Part shown: in pieces, positions 1 through 8,279 of the stretch
Layout: each line of letters starts with the position of its first letter
Numbering within the stretch: the stretch's first letter is position 1
DNA from: Pyrodictium occultum
GTDB taxonomy: Archaea; Thermoproteota; Thermoprotei_A; Sulfolobales; Pyrodictiaceae
Length of the DNA stretch: 32,000 bases
Assembly: GCF_001462395.1 (NCBI RefSeq)
Contig: NZ_LNTB01000001.1
Coordinates: 90,001 to 122,000 of the forward strand
Reading direction: 5' to 3'
Notes under the pieces: model-generated
What the model was told of the DNA's origin: nothing
The model's input: the letters and a program-made list of their open reading frames with translations, nothing else
The model's database searches: none
Position numbers and translations under genes: made by a program

Positions 1-82
1 AGCTGAGGCCTCTAGGCTAGTTGAGGCCGAGCGGCTATCCGGGGGCCAGGGCTCCTGATATCCTCCGCAGGGAAGCGGGGTC

Positions 83-778
83 ATGGGGGCTCCTAGGCCC
101 ATCTACCGCTGCCGGGTCTGTGGCGTCTTCACTGAGGAGCCGGTGCACTGCGGCAAGCCTGCCGAGCTATTCATGACGCCTGAGCAGCGGCTCCGGCTGA
201 GTAAGCTGATGAGCGCCCTCCTCCGCCACATACCTCATGAGGCGGGGCTCCAGCTGGACGAGCAGGGATGGGTCAGGGTGGAGGAGCTGGCCAGGGCTAT
301 TAGGGAGAGGTGGAGGCGACGCGACCTCTACCAGTGGGTAACGCCGGAGCATATAGTCGCGGTTGCCCTCCTCGACCCGAAGGGAAGGTTCCAGCTCTCC
401 GAGGACATGCGCCGCATACGGGCAGCCTACGGCCATAGTATCCGCTTAAGGCTCGGCTACCGCCCCCTCAGCAGTAGGGAGCTGCCCCAGGTCCTCTACC
501 ATGGCACTGTTGTGGAGAACCTCCGGCCAATACTGAGGGAGGGCCTCAAGCCCATGAAGAGGCTAATGGTGCACCTCTCCGCCAGGCCCCAGGAGGCCCT
601 CGAGGCGGCCAGGAGGCATGGAGACCGCGTAGTATTGCTGCATATAGACCCCCAGTGCCTAGCCAGCCGGGGCATCCCTGTGTATAGGGCTAGCCACGTG
701 ATGTATCTCGCCTCCCATGTGCCCCCAGAGTGCATAAAGAGGATTGAACGTCTCCAGGGCATGGAGACCCCCGTTTAA
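83..778 (+). CDS. kptA: RNA 2'-phosphotransferase (Tpt1/KptA family) with an extra N-terminal Cys/His mini-ribbon
   Basis: 231-aa ORF with ATG start. Conserved Tpt1/KptA blocks are present: RLSKLMSALLRH, GWVRVEEL, LLDPKGRFQL, IRAAYGHSI, LYHGT, MVHLS. The first ~30 aa (YRCRVCGVFTEEPVHCG) are an add-on. Confidence 0.85.
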   Translation: MGAPRPIYRCRVCGVFTEEPVHCGKPAELFMTPEQRLRLSKLMSALLRHIPHEAGLQLDEQGWVRVEELARAIRERWRRRDLYQWVTPEHIVAVALLDPKGRFQLSEDMRRIRAAYGHSIRLRLGYRPLSSRELPQVLYHGTVVENLRPILREGLKPMKRLMVHLSARPQEALEAARRHGDRVVLLHIDPQCLASRGIPVYRASHVMYLASHVPPECIKRIERLQGMETPV

Positions 779-804
779 GAGAAGGGCCCGGGGCAGGGGC
801 CGCA

Positions 805-1608
805 TTGAGCGCGAAGTTCAGCCTCAACGGGCTACGTGTGCTGGTAACAGCCTCCACCAGGGGCATAGGCTTCTACGTGGCCCGGGGCCTTGCATCCTGG
901 GGTGCCAGGGTAGCCATAGTGGGGCGCAGCAGAGAGTCGCTGACAAGAGCTGCCAGGGAGATAGTGAAAGCCTCCGGGGAGGAGCCCCTAGCGCTCATAG
1001 CCGATATGAGGAGGAGGGAGGACCTGGAGCGGCTCGTAGATGAGGCGTGGAGCGGCCTGGGAGGCCTAGACGCCCTCGTATTCAATGTTGGCAACGTGTC
1101 CTGCGAGCCATGCTACCTGGACCAGGCGGGCTACGAGGACTGGATGGAGGCTGCTCAGCTCCACCTCATAGCCCCGGGCTACCTGACGAGCCTCCTCCTG
1201 CCGAGGTTTCTCGAGCAGGGCCGCGGCTCGCTCATATACCTCTCATCGGTGACCGTTAAGGAGCCGATGCCGCACTTCACGCTCGCCGACACGGCCCGCG
1301 CGGGGCTGGTGCAGCTCGCCAAGAGTCTCGCCCGCCACTACGGCGGCAGGGGTATACGGGCGAACACCATACTCATGGGCAGCTTCGATACCCCTGGCGC
1401 CAGGAGCAACATAAGGAAGCTGGCCGAAATGAAGGGGGTCGAATTTGAGGAGGCGTGGCGCCGCTGGGTGATAGAGCTCACCCCTATGAGGAGGGTCGGC
1501 AGGCCGGAGGAGATAGCGGGGCTTGTAGCCTTCCTGCTGAGCGACGTGTCGGGCTACATCAATGGCTCTACGATAGTCATAGACGGGGCTATGACGGGGT
1601 GCGTGTAG
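805..1608 (+). CDS. Short-chain dehydrogenase/reductase-fold protein (FabG-like, atypical active site)
   Basis: 267-aa ORF with TTG start. It has the Rossmann motif VLVTASTRGIGFYVARGL, an NVGN motif, IRANTILMG and a C-terminal GSTIVIDGAM typical of SDRs. No YxxxK motif is present. Confidence 0.8.
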   Translation: MSAKFSLNGLRVLVTASTRGIGFYVARGLASWGARVAIVGRSRESLTRAAREIVKASGEEPLALIADMRRREDLERLVDEAWSGLGGLDALVFNVGNVSCEPCYLDQAGYEDWMEAAQLHLIAPGYLTSLLLPRFLEQGRGSLIYLSSVTVKEPMPHFTLADTARAGLVQLAKSLARHYGGRGIRANTILMGSFDTPGARSNIRKLAEMKGVEFEEAWRRWVIELTPMRRVGRPEEIAGLVAFLLSDVSGYINGSTIVIDGAMTGCV

Positions 1609-1621
1609 CCCCTCCCGGGGG

Positions 1622-2422
1622 CTAGAGGGGCAGGCGGGAGAGCGTCTCCACCCTGTAAGTGGCGCTACAGCGGTCTCCCCTCTCTCCGGCTACACCAGTT
1701 AGCACGAGCACGCTGTCTATGCCAAGCCTCCTGGCGGCCTCTATGTCGGTGTCGCAGCGGTCCCCTATTGCCAGAGCCTCTCCCGGCTCTACGCCCCTCT
1801 CCTCAAGCACAAGACGGTACATGTAGGGGTTGGGCTTCCCGGCCACAAACAACGCCCTTGTACCGGTGGACCTCTCGAGCGCCGCTAGTATTGCCCCCGC
1901 GCCGGGCACATCGCCCTTCTCGGCAGGCATTGAGGCGTCGTCATTGGCTGCCACTAGCTTGGCCCCGCACCTTCTCACAGCAGTGTGGGCAGCCTTAAGC
2001 CTGGAGTAGGTGAGGTTCCTATCCAGGCCCACGACTACATAGTCTACCGGGCAGCGGCCTCCATCCGCAGCGCTCAACACTATATGGCCCTGGGCTAGTA
2101 GCTCCTCGACAAGCCCCTCCTCGCCCAGGGCGAGTGTTCTTGAGGGGCCCTCCTGCTCTCTGATCCAGCGCGCCACGGCATAGCCGCTAGTAACTATATC
2201 GTTCACAGCCACGTTGAATCCCATTATCTCTGTGAGGCGCTCCGAGTACACCCTCCTACTCCTAGTGGAGTTGTTGGAGACGAATACTATGGAGGCTCCC
2301 TTCTCCCTCGCCCTCTGCAGCCACTCGATGTTTTCCCGGAGGAGCCTAGACCCCCTCCACACGACGCCGTCAAGATCGACAAGGAGCAGCCTATATCTAT
2401 CGGCCAGGCCCAACACGCTCAT
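1622..2422 (-). CDS. HAD-superfamily hydrolase, subfamily IIA (NagD / p-nitrophenylphosphatase-like)
   Basis: 266-aa ORF. Motif I is LLVDLDGVVW, followed by VSNNS, GKPNP and GDRCDTDI, matching HAD-IIA sugar phosphatases. It overlaps the upstream sfsA stop by 4 nt. Confidence 0.8.
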   Translation of the reverse strand: MSVLGLADRYRLLLVDLDGVVWRGSRLLRENIEWLQRAREKGASIVFVSNNSTRSRRVYSERLTEIMGFNVAVNDIVTSGYAVARWIREQEGPSRTLALGEEGLVEELLAQGHIVLSAADGGRCPVDYVVVGLDRNLTYSRLKAAHTAVRRCGAKLVAANDDASMPAEKGDVPGAGAILAALERSTGTRALFVAGKPNPYMYRLVLEERGVEPGEALAIGDRCDTDIEAARRLGIDSVLVLTGVAGERGDRCSATYRVETLSRLPL

Positions 2423-3174
2423 CCCCGTAGAAGCCCTCTATGGCTCCTGGAATCTCGGGGCCGCCTTAGCACGACCGGGAGGTCGGGTGCATATAGCCTA
2501 ACCCCCCGCCTCTCAGCGTCGAAGTTCAGGCCCAGCGCCTTCACAATTACGCCCGCTTTAACGGCCTCCTCCACGAGGCCCGGTATCTCGGGGTCGCCCT
2601 CGGGGTTCGGGGCGAAGCCCCGGGCCCCGGGCAGCGCGGCTATAAATACAAGGGCAGCCCTTACACCCCGCCGAGCATGCTCTATAAGCTCGCGTATGTG
2701 CCTCCTACCGCGCTCAGTCGGGCAGTCCGGGTACATGGCTAGGCCGCCGGGCCCCATAAGCACGGCGCTCTTGGACTCCACGTAGACTTCTCCAGCCGGG
2801 CAGCGGAGCAGGAAGTCGAGCACCGAGCCCCCTAGTCGGGGCCTCCTCGAGGCCACCCTGCAGCCGGCTGCCCAGGGCACCAGGCCCTTGTCTACGGCGG
2901 CGGCGAAGGCATCCTCTTGTAGCCTGGTATCGACAACGGCGTAGCCACCGTTGTACTCCACTGCTATAAGCCTGAGCCTCGTTTTACCAGGCCTCCTGGC
3001 CGGTATGCAGAGGGCTCGGCGGCCCGGAGCCAGCACGTCGGCAAGTCTTCCGGTATTGGTGTTGTGGGCGAGTATCCTCTCGCCGCCGGCTTCCGCCTCG
3101 ACGACGAAGCGGTTAACCCTGCGCAGCAGCCTACACTCTATCAGATTGTCAACCTGCAGTACTATGCTCAACAC
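2419..3174 (-). CDS. sfsA: SfsA family protein (sugar fermentation stimulation protein homologue, nuclease-fold)
   Basis: 251-aa ORF. N-terminus CRLLRRVNRFVVEAE...AHNTNTGRL and the later YVESKS / YPDCPTERGRRH blocks are characteristic of SfsA. Confidence 0.85.
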   Translation of the reverse strand: MLSIVLQVDNLIECRLLRRVNRFVVEAEAGGERILAHNTNTGRLADVLAPGRRALCIPARRPGKTRLRLIAVEYNGGYAVVDTRLQEDAFAAAVDKGLVPWAAGCRVASRRPRLGGSVLDFLLRCPAGEVYVESKSAVLMGPGGLAMYPDCPTERGRRHIRELIEHARRGVRAALVFIAALPGARGFAPNPEGDPEIPGLVEEAVKAGVIVKALGLNFDAERRGVRLYAPDLPVVLRRPRDSRSHRGLLRG

Positions 3175-3271
3175 TGCGCCTCCCTTCTCGCTGAGCCTCG
3201 GACATGCATGTGCGTCGCTACCCTTTTATTCTGTATCAAGTTAACTCTTGTTAAACCGGAGGCTGTGGGCC

Positions 3272-3646
3272 ATGGCCAAGGCGTTTGGCGAGCTAATATA
3301 CACTCGGGAGGCCGGGGGCCCGGCCGCGTCTAAGGCAGAGACCCATGCGCCCAAGATAGAGGCGCCGGAGAAGGTGAGGAAGGGCGAGCCCTTCAATGTG
3401 ACCATTAAGGTAGGCCCGCACCCTAACGAGGTGCAGCACTCCATACGCCGCCTCGAGATATGGTTCCAGGAGGAGGGCCGCGCCTTCAACCCGATACATA
3501 TAGCCACCATAGACCTTGAGCCGGTGTACGCAGAGCCCGAGATAACTATAACTATTAAGCTGGAGAAGAGCGGCACCCTCTATGCGCTCGGCTACTGCAA
3601 CCTCCACGGCCTCTGGGAGTCCCGCAAGGAGATAAAGGTAGAGTGA
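3272..3646 (+). CDS. sor: Superoxide reductase, 1Fe neelaredoxin type, with natural Lys-to-Thr change in the EKHxP motif
   Basis: The ORF is open from 3248. ATG 3272 is preceded by GGAGG at 3258-3262. The 124-aa product aligns block by block with Pyrococcus-type SOR: ETHAPKIE, HPNEVQHSIRRLEIWF, LYALGYCNLHGLWE. All four His and the Cys iron ligands are present. Confidence 0.9.
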   Translation: MAKAFGELIYTREAGGPAASKAETHAPKIEAPEKVRKGEPFNVTIKVGPHPNEVQHSIRRLEIWFQEEGRAFNPIHIATIDLEPVYAEPEITITIKLEKSGTLYALGYCNLHGLWESRKEIKVE

Positions 3647-3678
3647 AGAGCCCCAAGTACTTCTTTTCCTGCAGGCCC

Positions 3679-3716
3679 GGCCTCTCCGCTTCCTCGGCCG
3701 CCGAGAGGCCCTTTTT
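3679..3716 (+). terminator. Hairpin plus T5 tract downstream of sor
   Basis: GGCCTCTC (3679-3686) pairs with GAGAGGCC (3703-3710), and TTTTT follows at 3712-3716. A second T-rich tract (CTTCTTTTCC) lies at 3660-3669. Confidence 0.45.
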
Positions 3717-3857
3717 GCCGGACACCGCGCCCTGGCTGTATAAGCCTCCACCTCTGTACTGCACGGCCGCGCCGTCCCGCCCACTCTCTGTACGGCTTCT
3801 CTAGGCATAGGGCCAACGGGCTGTGCTTCTCCCGGCGCTCCACCCGGCTAGGGGGAA

Positions 3858-3928
3858 TCAGCACTCAAGACCCTCTTCACAGCCCGGCGCTGCCTCGGTG
3901 CAGGGCTCCGTAGGCGCGGGGTCATCAC
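3858..3928 (-). ncRNA. Candidate C/D-box sRNA (1)
   Basis: The minus strand reads GUGAUGA (3928-3922), an 11-12 nt spacer, CGGA (D'-like), ~25 nt, GUGAAGA (C', 3880-3874), exactly 12 nt, then CUGA (3861-3858). A minus-strand TATA-like TAGTAAAAAC (3970-3961) lies ~30-40 nt upstream of the C box. Confidence 0.4.
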
Positions 3929-4016
3929 ATCCAGCGTTACAAGTCCCTATGTGTCTGAGGGTTTTTACTACTCCGGCTTGGCGGCTAGGACTATACCTCG
4001 CTAAGGGACCCTCTGG

Positions 4017-6722
4017 ATGGAGACCAGCTGCCTTGAGACGGGCTGGTGTGATCTAAGCGAGGAGCACCGTAGGATAAGGGCTGCTCTCGAGGGTCTCCTG
4101 GCCAGCTATGTGAGAGGCGACGCCGACGAGTACTGGATGCCGGTTATAGTGGCTCCCTACGGCTCCGGGAAGACTACGCTGCTCCGCCACCTGGAGTGGT
4201 ACGCTGGGAGAATAGGGACCAGAGCGCTGAGGGTCGAGCTATCAGACATAGTCGAGTATATCATAGAGCGGCATGGCAGCGTCCATGAGTCGGAGCTGCC
4301 TAGAGTTCTGGAGGAGTATGCTAGAGAGAAGCTGGGCAGAGGAGACGGTGTAACGGTACTCCTCGTGGACGAGGTGGAGGAGAGCTACGACCTCCTACGC
4401 GGAGTGGTGGAGTATGAGACCTCCCCCTTCCGCGGCGTCGCCGAGGCGATAAGGACCCGTAGCACTAGTGTATACCTCGTGCTCGCCTTCGGCCCCTCCT
4501 CAACCCTCAAGGAGGCCGTCTTTGGCCCCGTGGCCTGGCGCAGCCGCGTCTTCACACTCCCCCTGCTCCCCAAGCAGGTTATAGAGAGGATGGTCAGGGA
4601 GAAGCTCGGCGACAGCCTGGGCGAGGCCACGGACTTACTGGCCAACACGGTCTGGTGGGCCTCTAAGGGGCGTATAGCCTGGGCGCGGATGCTGGTAGAC
4701 ACCGTGGCCGCTAAGCTGGCTAGCGCGCTCCGGAGTGGCCCCGAGAAGGTGGAGAGTCTGCTTCTAGGCGAGGAGGCCCTCTCCCGAGAGATAGTCGAGG
4801 GGGTGCCGCTCTTTGACAAGACGGGCTACAGGGAGGTCCGGAGGCTTGTCGAGGATAAGGCGCTGGTACCGCTTCTCGCGGCCCTTGTAGGCCCCGTCCC
4901 GCTCTCGCTCCTCGAGAAGATGCTGGGCCGCGAGGTGCTGCCCGAGGCCAGCCTGGCCGTGGTGTACTCGAGGACGGCTGTGAGGGTGGAGGATCTCCTC
5001 TCTGAGGCGGAGAGCTGGATTACCCGTTACGCGCGCGCGAAGGGCTTCCAGGCCTCCTCAGTAGAACACGCGGTGTCCGCGCTGGAGCATGTGGCGCAGG
5101 CCTGGAGCCGCGGCGGCCTCATGATCTACGAGCCCCAGTCGCTCCGCGAGCTGTTCTCCCTGGCGGCCGACGTGGCCAGGGAGATCTACAGTGACGACCC
5201 CCACGCGGCTCAGCTCATAGAGGCGCTGAGCCCCGACCTCCTAAGCCCGCCGCTGGAGAGGCTCGACGAGCCAGCGGCGGCGCTCAAGCCAGGTATGGTG
5301 GCCCGCATCTACCCCGTGGCCAGCAGCTCGCCTCTGGTGGGATGCGCCAGGAGGGTAGGGCCGAGCCAGGTAGCAGAGGTCGTTGAAACGCTGTCCCTCA
5401 GCGAGCTGCTAGACTATAGCGCTAAGCTGTCCGAGGTTTTAGGCCTGGAGAGCATGATCGGGAAGCATGGCATGAAGCTGGCGGTGCTCCCTCTCCGGCT
5501 GGCCCAGTCTCAAGCCCGGAGCATAGCCTGCAGGATGCTCTCCGGCGAGCGGCTGGCGGTACTCGTAGTAGACACAAGGCGGGAGCGCAGGGAGGCTAAG
5601 CTGCCTAGACTCCTCGAGGCGGTAGCCGATCTCTCCGGCGGCCTAGTAGCCGAGGCGGGGCCAAGGCTGAGCCTCTTCATTTACTCTCTGCTCTACGGCC
5701 TCTCGGTGTCTACATCGGGCTGCCTGCCCGAGAACCTGTCTGGCAACGACCGGCGGGCTGTGAATCTCTACGCCGATCTTCTGCGTAGCCTCTTGATAGA
5801 GGTGCTTGCATCTAGGGGCAGCCGCGGCCTAGCCAGCATAGAGGCTAGGGCTAGGCTCGTGGAGCGCGAGTACGGCGAGACGGCATACGCCCTTGCAGCG
5901 CTCATAGGCTCTGTGGGGGTCGAGCCAGCGAGGAGGATGGTCGAGGAGGCGGCGAGGCTCCAGCAGCGGGCATGGAGCCTGGGCGAGAGGATAGCTAAGC
6001 TCCTAGGTGGCCCCGCTCCCCCGAGGCAGGCAAGCCCGGCCAAGGTATTCAGCGAGGTTGAGGGGATCTACTCGCTGCTCGAGAAGAATGGGTACACTGC
6101 TGTAGCCGGCGTAGCCGGATCCTGCAGCACCGGCATCAAGGGTATACGGGCTCCACGCATTGTCGCACTGCTGCTCGGCATCGAGAGCTACCGGCCGGAG
6201 GAGAACCCGGAGGACCTGGCGGAGCTGGCCGAGAAGCTGCTAGCCTATTCCCGCCGCCTGCCGAGGCACGGTGTGCTCGCCGAGGCGGCTAGGCTTGCTG
6301 AAGAAGCAGCCTCGCTCATGGAAGAGGTAGGGAGCAGCGGCCCTGCGCAGGCGCTGGCACGGCTGGTCATGGCGCCGTTTATCCCGGCAGCCTCAAGGCT
6401 TGTCGAGGAGCTGGCCTCCCTCGGCAGGGTCTACGAGAGGCTTGAGGCCGAGCTGGCAGCTCTGCCGGAGGCGCTGCGCAGAAGAGCGGAGGAAGCGGTA
6501 GCCAGCGACCTCTCTAACGTTAAGAGCCTATCCGAGGCAATGGACTACCTGGCGAAGGCTGTCAGCCTCGTGGGGAGGCTGAGAACTCTCTCCGAGCAGG
6601 AGGGCCCTGGGATAGAGGACCTCAAGAACAAGATAATAAGCCTAATTGACTCGATAATTTCTGATTATACCCAGGCTAGCTACGCCGGCCAGGAGGCTAG
6701 AGAAGAAGCCCTAGCAGGGTGA
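4017..6722 (+). CDS. Large P-loop NTPase (ORC/Cdc6-like AAA+/STAND-type N-domain) with ~650-aa alpha-helical C-terminal region; family not recognised
   Basis: 901-aa ORF with ATG start. Walker A is VIVAPYGSGKTTLL (aa ~44-57) and Walker B is VLLVDEVEE (aa ~114-122). A sensor-1-like YLVLAFGPSS and a lid-like segment RVFTLPLLPKQVIERMV...ASKGRIAWARMLVD follow. The remainder is Ala/Leu/Glu/Arg-rich. Confidence 0.8.
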   Translation: METSCLETGWCDLSEEHRRIRAALEGLLASYVRGDADEYWMPVIVAPYGSGKTTLLRHLEWYAGRIGTRALRVELSDIVEYIIERHGSVHESELPRVLEEYAREKLGRGDGVTVLLVDEVEESYDLLRGVVEYETSPFRGVAEAIRTRSTSVYLVLAFGPSSTLKEAVFGPVAWRSRVFTLPLLPKQVIERMVREKLGDSLGEATDLLANTVWWASKGRIAWARMLVDTVAAKLASALRSGPEKVESLLLGEEALSREIVEGVPLFDKTGYREVRRLVEDKALVPLLAALVGPVPLSLLEKMLGREVLPEASLAVVYSRTAVRVEDLLSEAESWITRYARAKGFQASSVEHAVSALEHVAQAWSRGGLMIYEPQSLRELFSLAADVAREIYSDDPHAAQLIEALSPDLLSPPLERLDEPAAALKPGMVARIYPVASSSPLVGCARRVGPSQVAEVVETLSLSELLDYSAKLSEVLGLESMIGKHGMKLAVLPLRLAQSQARSIACRMLSGERLAVLVVDTRRERREAKLPRLLEAVADLSGGLVAEAGPRLSLFIYSLLYGLSVSTSGCLPENLSGNDRRAVNLYADLLRSLLIEVLASRGSRGLASIEARARLVEREYGETAYALAALIGSVGVEPARRMVEEAARLQQRAWSLGERIAKLLGGPAPPRQASPAKVFSEVEGIYSLLEKNGYTAVAGVAGSCSTGIKGIRAPRIVALLLGIESYRPEENPEDLAELAEKLLAYSRRLPRHGVLAEAARLAEEAASLMEEVGSSGPAQALARLVMAPFIPAASRLVEELASLGRVYERLEAELAALPEALRRRAEEAVASDLSNVKSLSEAMDYLAKAVSLVGRLRTLSEQEGPGIEDLKNKIISLIDSIISDYTQASYAGQEAREEALAG

Positions 6723-6727
6723 TACCT

Positions 6728-7846
6728 ATGGTATGGGCGCTTGAAAGCCTCGTAGAGGAGTACGAGGCAGCCCTCAGCTCCAAGAAGTCGATGGAAGAGG
6801 CGCTCCACGGTATAGAGGCAAGCCTGGAGACGGCTAGGGCAGCCCTCACGGCACTGCCCGAGACCCTGCGCTACGAGATAGCCGCGAGGCTCAAGACGGT
6901 CAGGGACTACGTGGCTGCATCGAGCTACGACAAGGCACGCCTCGAGGCCTCAACGGTATGCAGGCAGGCCCTCCAGGCCCTAGCCAGAGCGGTGGCGGAG
7001 GCCCATGTCGAGGTGGAGGAGTGCCCTCCCCCGGATGCCGTCAAGGCAGTAGTGGCTGTGGTTAATGCCAGCGGCCCGCTGGCTCCCGTTACCCGCTCTC
7101 TCCTTAGGGCAGGCGCTACAACCTTTAACGACGTAGCATATAATGCTAGACGCATAGCCACCCGCTGGGAGGACGTTAGCAGGCAGCTACTCAGCATCTA
7201 TAATGCAGGCCGTAGCCTCGAGGCTAGGGAGCTGGCGAAGATCCATGATGTGGTACTGCTGGCGTCAAAGCTGGTAGAGGCTGAGAGCTTCGAGGCCGCT
7301 CTAGAGCACCTTGAGGCGGTGGCGGCCAGGCTTACCGAGGTGGCCCAGCTGTTCGAAGCCCTTGGCTCCAGTATGAGCGATCTCTCAGAGGCCCTCAACA
7401 TATGCCGTGAGGGCATGGGCGCGGAGACGCCGCTCTGCCGCTGGCTCTCCCGGGTGATCGGGAGCATCTTGTCAGCATATGATAGCGCCTCCGACCTCAT
7501 GAATCTGAGCGGGCTGGAGGACCTCGTGGCGGTTGCAGCGAGGATACGGAAAGCCTACGAGAGGCTAAGCGCTACAAGGCGCTTACTGGAGAAGCTGTCC
7601 TCAAGCATTGCATCGGCGGCCGGCGTGGGCGTGGCCGCTTCGAGCATGAGAAAGGCTATGGAGGCTATAGCTGCCGGCAGGGAGCGGCTGGGGCTAACAC
7701 CCCAGGAGGAGGAGCTGCTCATAGAGCTGGTGGAGCGCGACGTGCTAGACCTGCTCGAGGTGTACCGGCAGGGCAGGGAGCGGCTAGAGGCTGCACTCCG
7801 GCTCTGCAGCCATGGACTGGCCAGGTGCAGCCTCCACGCATACTAG
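6728..7846 (+). CDS. All-alpha, Ala/Leu/Glu-rich hypothetical protein translationally coupled to the ATPase
   Basis: The ORF is open from GTG 6719, which overlaps the upstream TGA as GTGA. ATG 6728 sits 4 nt after the SD-like GGGTGAT (6717-6723). The product is 372-375 aa with no recognisable motif. Confidence 0.7.
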   Translation: MVWALESLVEEYEAALSSKKSMEEALHGIEASLETARAALTALPETLRYEIAARLKTVRDYVAASSYDKARLEASTVCRQALQALARAVAEAHVEVEECPPPDAVKAVVAVVNASGPLAPVTRSLLRAGATTFNDVAYNARRIATRWEDVSRQLLSIYNAGRSLEARELAKIHDVVLLASKLVEAESFEAALEHLEAVAARLTEVAQLFEALGSSMSDLSEALNICREGMGAETPLCRWLSRVIGSILSAYDSASDLMNLSGLEDLVAVAARIRKAYERLSATRRLLEKLSSSIASAAGVGVAASSMRKAMEAIAAGRERLGLTPQEEELLIELVERDVLDLLEVYRQGRERLEAALRLCSHGLARCSLHAY

Positions 7847-7908
7847 CACGTATGAGGCCAGGATATTAGGTCCCCAGCTCGCCCCTCCCGCTCCCCCCGG
7901 GGTGGCTG

Positions 7909-8253
7909 GTGCCGCGCGAGCAGCTTGCCGACACGCTGAAGAAAACCGGGGTATGCAGGAAGGTCGTGGAGGTAGAGGAGTCTAGCGAATGCATCCTCCT
8001 CTACTGCAGCGACGAGGACGGCATGCTGATAGCGGCCGCGAGCTACTACGACTGGGTCTACGCCAAGACCGTTGCGGAGGGCGCTATAAAGCCTCACATG
8101 TGGCACTGTAGCGACGTCTTCTACACGCCCTACGGCCTCTACAGCTTCTCCAAGAACGTGGAGGAGCTTGCCAGAAAGATAGCGGAGAAGAAGCCCCTCG
8201 TCTACGCCCAGATGAGAATGGCGCTCGAGAAGCTAGCCGCGGTCGAGGAGTAG
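7909..8253 (+). CDS. Hypothetical small protein (114 aa)
   Basis: ORF with GTG start on the same strand as its neighbours. Composition is mixed rather than low-complexity. A TATA-like GATATTAGG lies ~40 nt upstream. No family recognised. Confidence 0.55.
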   Translation: MPREQLADTLKKTGVCRKVVEVEESSECILLYCSDEDGMLIAAASYYDWVYAKTVAEGAIKPHMWHCSDVFYTPYGLYSFSKNVEELARKIAEKKPLVYAQMRMALEKLAAVEE

Positions 8254-8279
8254 CACCAAGCCCCAGGGGTGCAGTCCTC

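Noticed and set aside
3293-3864. Three overlapping minus-strand ORFs (171, 69 and 90 aa) and the plus-strand 3823-4056 ORF
   Set aside because: They overlap the sor gene in antisense or lie in the structured spacer. Their translations are Arg/Gly/Pro-rich with no start-site signals.
3720-4016. Possibility that the long spacer encodes SRP (7S) RNA or RNase P RNA
   Set aside because: I could not find the conserved helix-8/helix-6 or P4 motifs, or a long terminal helix. Only the short C/D-like element is supportable.
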